20,000 bases of DNA, from the IMG/VR virus record IMGVR_UViG_3300023196_001660; one strand, given 5' to 3'. Below the pieces are notes generated by a model. It worked only from the letters and a program-made list of their open reading frames with translations, did not search any database and was not told where the DNA came from. This stretch comes from an uncultured virus (IMG/VR IMGVR_UViG_3300023196_001660). Taxonomy: Duplodnaviria > Heunggongvirae > Uroviricota > Caudoviricetes > Crassvirales. Shown in pieces: positions 1-7,125 of this stretch. A program made the position numbers and the translations under genes. The first letter of the stretch is position 1; each line of letters starts with the position of its first letter.

Positions 1-3000
1 CGTTTGCCCATATTATCAAATAAATCTTCATGCTCTTGTAACCAATCTTCTTTAGTATAATATTGTAAAGTTTCTTTTCGACTAGTAGGGTAATCTAATA
101 AAGTATGTGTACCATCTTCTACTAACCTATCTACTACTTTTTCCCAATGTTTAGATTTCCAATAAAATGCAGGGTCAGTTGTAAAAGTTTGAAAGATATT
201 TACATTAGCTACTAAATAATTTAATACAAAATTAGTAGCATTATGAAATGCAGAAATTTCATCGTTTGAATCTGTATGATATTTTAAAGTTTCTGTAGTA
301 ACATCTACTAATGTATTAGTATTATGGTCTAATATAGTAGCAGTCTCACTTTTAATAAAACCGTATTCTTTCCATGTAGCTAATTTACTATTAACAAGGT
401 TAAACAAAAATATACGTAATTCTTCTTTAATAGCTTCTCTTAAAACACCTTGTTCAGATACATTAGATTTAAGTTTTCTAACACTTCCGTCTTGTTCCCA
501 AATACTAGTTAAACTATTTAAAGAAGGAATAATATTAAACATAGTTCCACCTTCTTCATAAGCTTTAATATCCCATGCTTCAGGAGTATCTTGAATAGAT
601 AATATCCTATTTATATCAGGTGTTACTAAAGCATCATATAGCCATTCTAAACTATTATTTCCCATTTTACCTGTAGAACTAATTCTACCATTCCAATCAT
701 GTCCTATTGTAGTAAGTCCATAAGATACGCTTTTATCAGAAGTAGTAGGATATAATAAATTAAGTATATTATTATTTCCTCTTTTATTTTTACTATAAAA
801 TAAAGCTATTTTAACTTCTTCTATTTCAGCAGGTGACATATGTTCTAATTTCTTACCTTTAGCACCTTCTTTACTTCTACCATCAAAAGTATAATATCCA
901 AAATGTTTTCTAAATTTCTTATTTTCTCTAAATTGCTTAACAAAATGAGAAGTCTTACTAAATGGTTGTTTTGCTAGTTTATCTAGTAAAACAGTATCAG
1001 TATGTAATCTTCTAACTCTATCCGTTAAAAACTTATTTGGACTATAGCCATAATATGTTCTTCCTCTAACATCTTTAAAAGAATTAGTAAAATATACAGG
1101 ATGTTGTTTACCTATTTGTCTTGCAAATTTACCTAAAGCACTATTATTTGCTAAAGGGTTATTATCATCTACATTTAAACCTTTAATCTTATTAAGATTA
1201 TCCATATATAATCCAATAGCACCATCGCTTTTACCAGAAAGCAAATTAAGTAGATTATATCTATTATTATTATATACAACACCTTCATTAATTAGAGTGG
1301 TTATAAGTTTTCTAGGAAATTTAAAACCCATTCTATCTAATAAAGCTGTAGCTTTATCTATTTTAATAGTACCATCTATACCTTTTTGTTTTAATGTGGC
1401 TATAACATCTTTATAATCTCTATTAATAGCTTCTACTTCTCTTTCATTTATAATGTAATTTTCATCAACAACAGATACTAAGTTACTATCATAAATATTA
1501 CTTAACCATTGATTTTGGATAATTCCTACAACATCATTTGAATCACTAGGTACAATAAATAGTCCACCTTTTTTATTCTTAAATATATACATATGATGTG
1601 TATAACTTTTACTCATAGCACTTACAAACTTATTTTTCATAGTTTGTGGAGCATTATTAAGCTCTTTAAGTACATTATGTAAGTAAGGTTTTGTTTCCAC
1701 CCATTCCTCTAATGTAGTAATCATACTATCAAAAGTAGGTATTGTAATATTTCTATTATCTTCTTTGTAATTACTATAAGCAAGTATAGCACTTAATTCA
1801 TTCATTACTTGGTCAAATGGAATTGTAACAGGTAATGCCCAACTCATTTTAGGAATTGCTACACCTTCTTTAGTAATAGATTTTACATCTTCTATGTAAC
1901 TAAATTGATTTTTAATATCTTGACTTAATTGTCTTTTAAAATCTACTCTAAAAGCTCTATCACTTGCATAAATATTATATTCAACTAGTTCTCCTTTATC
2001 ATTAATAAGTTCTTCAAAATCATCATATCCTATTTCATCGTTATCTAATTGAGTTTTAATTTCTTCAAATACTTTTCCATCTTTTACTATACCATGATGT
2101 TGATGTAGGTTATCTAATACTAATTTAACTATTTTCTTATATTCTCTTTTAACATTATTAGCAATTTCTAAATTCTTAGTTGCTCTTTTTCTTTTTTCTT
2201 CAGTTAAGTCAGTTTTTAGTCCTTCTTCTATTTTATTAATACGTTGTCTAATTTCTACATTAGCAAACTCATCTAGTACTGTTAAAGCATCATCATTACT
2301 TTTGTCTTTATATAAAGCTTTTAATACCTTAGAAGTTAAGTGATTAATTATAATATCTTGTAAATTCATACTTACACCTTTAACAAAAAGACTTTCAGGA
2401 ATAGTACCTTCAAATTCATCTTGTTCTTCTTGTGTAAGTTCTCTAGGATTATAATCATCACCATAATCAGATAAACTAAGAAGTCCTTTTAATTGACGTG
2501 TAGTTAAATCAGATAAAGCTTCTACTTTATTAAAACCATCTTTTTTACCACCACTTATATAAGGTCTTAATTTACCACTTGCATCTACAAAGAAACTATA
2601 TACTTCAGTATAATTTTGTTCAATAGTATAAACATTAAACTGATTTCCATCCCAACCTATAGTAAATAAATCACCTACATCTAAACCACCATACTCTTCT
2701 TGAATTTCTTCGGGTAATACTTCCATAGGAGTATTAATTGCAAATACTTTACCTACTGCATCATTTAAAGAAATTTCTTGTGCAGGATTATAATCAGTAT
2801 CATCATCAACATCTTCAAATATATCAAATTCACCAGTTTCTTCTTCAGCATCTATAACTTCTATAGTACGTATATCAGGAACATCTGTAGTTTCATCAGC
2901 TACTTTAGGTGCAAAGGCAAAAGCTGTACCATATTCAAAATTAGGTTGTACTGTGTATATCTCCTTATCATTATCTAGGGTATAAGAATATAAATCAGTA

Positions 3001-6000
3001 GTTGTATGTTCTTTAACAAACTTATCATAAGGCATTTCAGTTGTAGTAACATCGTTAGCAGTTATAATAGGTAGTTGAAAAGAACTATCAAAAGATTCTT
3101 TTTTAAAGTTTAAGTATGTATTATTATTAAGTACGTTTTCTAGTTTAGCAAGATATCCATCTATAGTAGCTCTTCTTTTACTAGCTCTCTCAGTATCATT
3201 TAATCCTTCTTTCTTTCCTATATTATTTATAATATTTCTATTAATAAATCTTATAGTATCTCCTACATTAGCACCTCTACCAAATTCTAAACTATTACTT
3301 TTAGGGTCACTAGATGCAGTTATTAATCTAATGACAGATACATCTTCTCTTACATTATTTTCAACATAATTACTAAATTTATCAAACATAAAAGAAGCCT
3401 TATCTAATTTAGGACTTAAAAATATAAATTTTTCTAAATATGTTTGTAAACCATTTAAAGTAGTTATATCTATATTAGTTTGTTCTCTTAATTTAATAGC
3501 TCTACTCGCATTAGGATTAGCATTTAAATATAAACGTACTGCTTCTAATATAGATTTAATATATTGAGGATGTTTATTTAATAAATCCCGTCTAACAGGT
3601 ACACCAAATTTAGCATCTTTATTTACATCCATTACAGCATACATCATTCCATTATATACTGTATCATTTTGGGTTTCTATTGTGTTACTTTCTCCTGTAA
3701 ACATAGCATCATCTTTTCCAATAGCCATTGTAACATTTGGAAGATTTTTTAATACTGTATCATATACAGCATTAACATCACGCATAAAATGCCCATTAGT
3801 CCTATTCTTAATAGTAGTGGTTACTCCATTAGGAGACTCTATAATAGCTTTTCTTATTACACGAAGATTTTTTTGTTGTCTATCTACATCTTTAAAGTTA
3901 GCAATAGTATTTTCACTTATCCATTCAGGTACATGAAGATAATGTCCTTTAAGTATTTCCCCGTTAAAAAGAACACCAATCGGTGCAGTTTCTACAGGAT
4001 TATTTTTAGTAGTAACTCCATTACTTTCTACACTACCATCTGCATACGATATAGAACCATCATCATGAACAACTTTAGGAAGTACTACTAAAGTAATTGC
4101 ATCTCCTTTATTAAATCTATCATAATCTAATGCTATATGAGAAGCATTATCATTAAGTTCTTTATCTAAGTCTGTTTTAGAAGTTACAAAATCTAATACA
4201 TTAAATCTTTCAGTAGTTTGTACCGTAACTAATTCAACATATTTTTTATCTAAATGAGCAAGATTAATATCTCCTCTTTTAATTTTTACATCACCATTAA
4301 TTGCACTATCTCCTTTATATACAACAAAACCTTGTTGTTCTATACTTTCTCGTACAGTTTTATCTTCTTTTTGGCTAAAATTTATATCACTCATAGAGTA
4401 AATTTCATTGAAAGCCTTAGTTGCATCAATGCTTACTCTATTTGAGATAATACTTCTTTTAGTAGCATCGTCAAAAAATATGTCCTCATAAGTTAAATTA
4501 GTAGGTTGTCCTACTTTGGTAAGATTATAAAGAGCTTTTACTTCATCAAATATTCTAATAAATTTAGCCTTACCTACAGCCTTTTGTATAAATTCAGCAA
4601 CAGTAGGAAAATCTGTAATATCTAAACCAGCATCTTTCATAGAGTTTAGACCTATTTGTACTAATCTCTTACGCTTAATTAAAGCCTCTTCTTCTTCACT
4701 AAGTCCTCCCTCATCTTCTTCAGCAGGATTTAAATCTTCAAATGCATTTTTTATGTCATCTTCTGCTTTTTGAGTAGCTTGGTCATTAGTTTCTTCAGTA
4801 GCCTGTTCTTGTTTTTGTTGAACTTTAAGATGTCTTATAGCATTTTGATATTGTACTAACATACCTGCATTACTTGGACTATCAGGTAAAGCTTTAGTTG
4901 CTTCAATACTTGCTTCAAATCCTTTTATTTTATTTTCTACGGTATTAGCACTATTAATAAATGCAGTAGCCTGTTCTTGTTGTTGCTTATCAGCAAAATT
5001 AAATGCAAAGCCTACAGTATCTTCTATAGTTTCTACTTCTTCTACTTCTGCTACTTCTTCTTCTGTTTCAGCTTCTTCTACTTCTTCAGCAATCGTATCT
5101 TCTTCAAACTTTTTAGCAGTTTGTTTAGCTTTAGTAGCTTTTTTAGTTTGTTTAGCTTGTACTCTAGCTTCAGCTTGTTCTTCTTTTCTACGTTTCTTTT
5201 GTTCTTTTATTACATTACTAATTCTATCTTGTTCTTCATCTGAAGTTAGTTTAGTATGTCGTTCAGCAAGACGTTTAATATTATTAACTACATTAGTTAC
5301 TTTATCTTTAGTATCTTTATATTCTTTTAAACTTTGTAAGTTATTAACAGATGCTTTTTTAGTTGCACCATACTTATTCCAATTATTAAAAGAAATTCCA
5401 CCAGTTTCACTAAAAGTAATTACATCTTCTTTAATGCCTAAATCAGCTAAATCCTGTATTACTTCATCACGTTCAGTTTGTAGTGTACGTTCTAATTGAG
5501 CTTTAGTATCTCTTAATCCTAAATTTTTAGCTCTATTATCATATACTTCATTGAAGTTTAAATATGTGTTAGCTTTAAGATATTCAGTTTCTAAATTTTC
5601 TATACGTTTAATAGCTTTATCGGAATCTTGCTTATATGTTTTCTTATCTAAACCTCTTTGTTCGGCAACATCAGGGTCTAATTCTTTAATACCTTTAAAG
5701 ACATTTACATACTGTTCAGTAGTACCATTAACGAAAGAATCATAAGCTTGAACACTTACTAACCTATCGCTTAACTCTTGTACTCGGGCAAAATCTCCTT
5801 TATTTCCAGCATCTTCTAATTCTTTATATAGATTAAAAGTTTCTTCGGCTTTAAAATAAGCGTCTGTAACGTCACTTATTTTTGAAGCATTATCTAAAGT
5901 ACTAATCTTGTCTAAACTCTCTTGTTGCTTGGTAAAACGGTCAAATTGCTCGTCATTTCGGCTAAATCTGTTACCTTGATTATCTCTTTTATTCCTAATA

Positions 6001-7124
6001 TTTCGACCTGCATTAGTAAGAGCAGTTTGACCTGCACCACCAACAAATCCTAAAAGAGCACTTTCAGCACCTTCTCTAGTAGCGATATCCTTAATAGCTT
6101 TATCAAACGTATAATTATCACTTAAAGCTTGTTCTTCGGCTACTAAGTTAATAGTTTCTTCAGCAGATTCTTGAAGTCCCTCAATACCAGCTATTTTAGC
6201 ACTTCTTTTAAGACTAGGAGCTTTTCTTAATTGTCTAGTTAAAGCAGGTGCTCTAAGAAAGGCAAAAGAACTTGTAAGATTAAGTAATATATTACTTCTA
6301 TTAAAATTAACTACAGATGCAGCTTTTTGAGAAGCTAATAATTTAGCTTCTGTATCTATTTGTTCATCAGATAGTCCTTTATCTTCTTGTTTTAATTTTT
6401 TAATAGTTTCACCATATACTTGTTCATATACATTAGCAGCTATGCCAACACCTTCAGCTTGATTAAGAGCTAAAGCAGTAGAAAGTCCTGAAGCAAGTCC
6501 CATACCTTTTTTAGCTTTATCTGTAGTAGATGCTCCACGTCCTATAGCTTTTAACCATTCTAAAGCTTTTCCACCTTTAGTTAAGAGTTTTAAACTTGCT
6601 CCACCTGTAAGATAACCTAAACCAACAAAAGCAGTAGCACTTTCAACTAAAGAACTACCACTTTGCATCCACCATGCATAATCTCCTACATCAAGAGCTC
6701 TATCAGGATTTTCTCGATATGTAGGTAAAGCTTTATCTAAACTTTCTTTTTGTCCTTGAGCCCAAGTACTTAACCAGTTACCTACTTCGTCATCAGAGTT
6801 AGCATAATCTTCAAAATCAAGTACATTTCCTACTTGACTCATAAATTCTAATGCAGTTTTAGGAATTAATTTAGTTAATGTTCTACCTGTTTGTTCCCAA
6901 TTACTTTGATTAAGTGCTCTACTTCTATCGTAATCAGATGTAAAAGCAAATCCCGAAGCACCCTTAGCTTCAGGATTAATATAACTTTGATAATCTTCTA
7001 TATTAAGAAACTTAGTACTATCATCCGTTTTAAACCCTTTAGAAGTCATACCATTGAGATAGTTATTAGTCTTGGCTTTTTGTTCTTCCTGATTGCCTAT
7101 CAGTTTAAGCATGTCTGGTCGCAT
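1..7124 (-). CDS. Giant virion protein (>2374 aa, 3' end beyond the window): ejection/membrane module fused to the N-terminal part of a crAss-like virion RNA polymerase
   Basis: ATG at 7124-7122 lies 1 nt after the upstream TAA. Manual translation MRPDMLKLIGNQEEQKAK... stays open in one frame to the window edge (...FQTFTTDPAFYWKSKHW...EDLFDNMGK). The ORF track lists no minus-strand ORF here, consistent with no stop in the window. N-terminal motifs RALNQSNWE, EGLQESAEETIN and ESALLGFVGGAG recall crAss-like large cargo proteins. Distal motifs NSFKDVRGRTYYGYS (~1040-1087), YPTTSDKS (729-752) and NIFQTFTTDPAFYWK (156-200) recall crAss-like RNAP proteins. The ORF is well supported; the product is inferred. 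Confidence 0.85.
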   Translation of the reverse strand, partial: MRPDMLKLIGNQEEQKAKTNNYLNGMTSKGFKTDDSTKFLNIEDYQSYINPEAKGASGFAFTSDYDRSRALNQSNWEQTGRTLTKLIPKTALEFMSQVGNVLDFEDYANSDDEVGNWLSTWAQGQKESLDKALPTYRENPDRALDVGDYAWWMQSGSSLVESATAFVGLGYLTGGASLKLLTKGGKALEWLKAIGRGASTTDKAKKGMGLASGLSTALALNQAEGVGIAANVYEQVYGETIKKLKQEDKGLSDEQIDTEAKLLASQKAASVVNFNRSNILLNLTSSFAFLRAPALTRQLRKAPSLKRSAKIAGIEGLQESAEETINLVAEEQALSDNYTFDKAIKDIATREGAESALLGFVGGAGQTALTNAGRNIRNKRDNQGNRFSRNDEQFDRFTKQQESLDKISTLDNASKISDVTDAYFKAEETFNLYKELEDAGNKGDFARVQELSDRLVSVQAYDSFVNGTTEQYVNVFKGIKELDPDVAEQRGLDKKTYKQDSDKAIKRIENLETEYLKANTYLNFNEVYDNRAKNLGLRDTKAQLERTLQTERDEVIQDLADLGIKEDVITFSETGGISFNNWNKYGATKKASVNNLQSLKEYKDTKDKVTNVVNNIKRLAERHTKLTSDEEQDRISNVIKEQKKRRKEEQAEARVQAKQTKKATKAKQTAKKFEEDTIAEEVEEAETEEEVAEVEEVETIEDTVGFAFNFADKQQQEQATAFINSANTVENKIKGFEASIEATKALPDSPSNAGMLVQYQNAIRHLKVQQKQEQATEETNDQATQKAEDDIKNAFEDLNPAEEDEGGLSEEEEALIKRKRLVQIGLNSMKDAGLDITDFPTVAEFIQKAVGKAKFIRIFDEVKALYNLTKVGQPTNLTYEDIFFDDATKRSIISNRVSIDATKAFNEIYSMSDINFSQKEDKTVRESIEQQGFVVYKGDSAINGDVKIKRGDINLAHLDKKYVELVTVQTTERFNVLDFVTSKTDLDKELNDNASHIALDYDRFNKGDAITLVVLPKVVHDDGSISYADGSVESNGVTTKNNPVETAPIGVLFNGEILKGHYLHVPEWISENTIANFKDVDRQQKNLRVIRKAIIESPNGVTTTIKNRTNGHFMRDVNAVYDTVLKNLPNVTMAIGKDDAMFTGESNTIETQNDTVYNGMMYAVMDVNKDAKFGVPVRRDLLNKHPQYIKSILEAVRLYLNANPNASRAIKLREQTNIDITTLNGLQTYLEKFIFLSPKLDKASFMFDKFSNYVENNVREDVSVIRLITASSDPKSNSLEFGRGANVGDTIRFINRNIINNIGKKEGLNDTERASKRRATIDGYLAKLENVLNNNTYLNFKKESFDSSFQLPIITANDVTTTEMPYDKFVKEHTTTDLYSYTLDNDKEIYTVQPNFEYGTAFAFAPKVADETTDVPDIRTIEVIDAEEETGEFDIFEDVDDDTDYNPAQEISLNDAVGKVFAINTPMEVLPEEIQEEYGGLDVGDLFTIGWDGNQFNVYTIEQNYTEVYSFFVDASGKLRPYISGGKKDGFNKVEALSDLTTRQLKGLLSLSDYGDDYNPRELTQEEQDEFEGTIPESLFVKGVSMNLQDIIINHLTSKVLKALYKDKSNDDALTVLDEFANVEIRQRINKIEEGLKTDLTEEKRKRATKNLEIANNVKREYKKIVKLVLDNLHQHHGIVKDGKVFEEIKTQLDNDEIGYDDFEELINDKGELVEYNIYASDRAFRVDFKRQLSQDIKNQFSYIEDVKSITKEGVAIPKMSWALPVTIPFDQVMNELSAILAYSNYKEDNRNITIPTFDSMITTLEEWVETKPYLHNVLKELNNAPQTMKNKFVSAMSKSYTHHMYIFKNKKGGLFIVPSDSNDVVGIIQNQWLSNIYDSNLVSVVDENYIINEREVEAINRDYKDVIATLKQKGIDGTIKIDKATALLDRMGFKFPRKLITTLINEGVVYNNNRYNLLNLLSGKSDGAIGLYMDNLNKIKGLNVDDNNPLANNSALGKFARQIGKQHPVYFTNSFKDVRGRTYYGYSPNKFLTDRVRRLHTDTVLLDKLAKQPFSKTSHFVKQFRENKKFRKHFGYYTFDGRSKEGAKGKKLEHMSPAEIEEVKIALFYSKNKRGNNNILNLLYPTTSDKSVSYGLTTIGHDWNGRISSTGKMGNNSLEWLYDALVTPDINRILSIQDTPEAWDIKAYEEGGTMFNIIPSLNSLTSIWEQDGSVRKLKSNVSEQGVLREAIKEELRIFLFNLVNSKLATWKEYGFIKSETATILDHNTNTLVDVTTETLKYHTDSNDEISAFHNATNFVLNYLVANVNIFQTFTTDPAFYWKSKHWEKVVDRLVEDGTHTLLDYPTSRKETLQYYTKEDWLQEHEDLFDNMGK
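2445..2796. repeat. Perfect 13-bp direct repeat AGGATTATAATCA at 2445-2457 and 2784-2796, in frame, encoding DYNP twice
   Basis: Read directly. The copies are 339 bp (113 codons) apart, in the protein contexts DDDTDYNPAQE and DYGDDYNPREL. Confidence 0.85.
4796..4981. repeat. Perfect 18-bp direct repeat CAGTAGCCTGTTCTTGTT at 4796-4813 and 4964-4981, in frame, encoding QEQAT twice
   Basis: Read directly. The copies are 168 bp (56 codons) apart. Confidence 0.85.
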
Positions 7125-7125
7125 C

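Noticed and set aside
1..7124. Apparent 7-kb non-coding or pseudogene region suggested by the empty ORF track
   Set aside because: An artefact of the ORF lacking a stop inside the window. Manual translation gives a continuous protein-like sequence.
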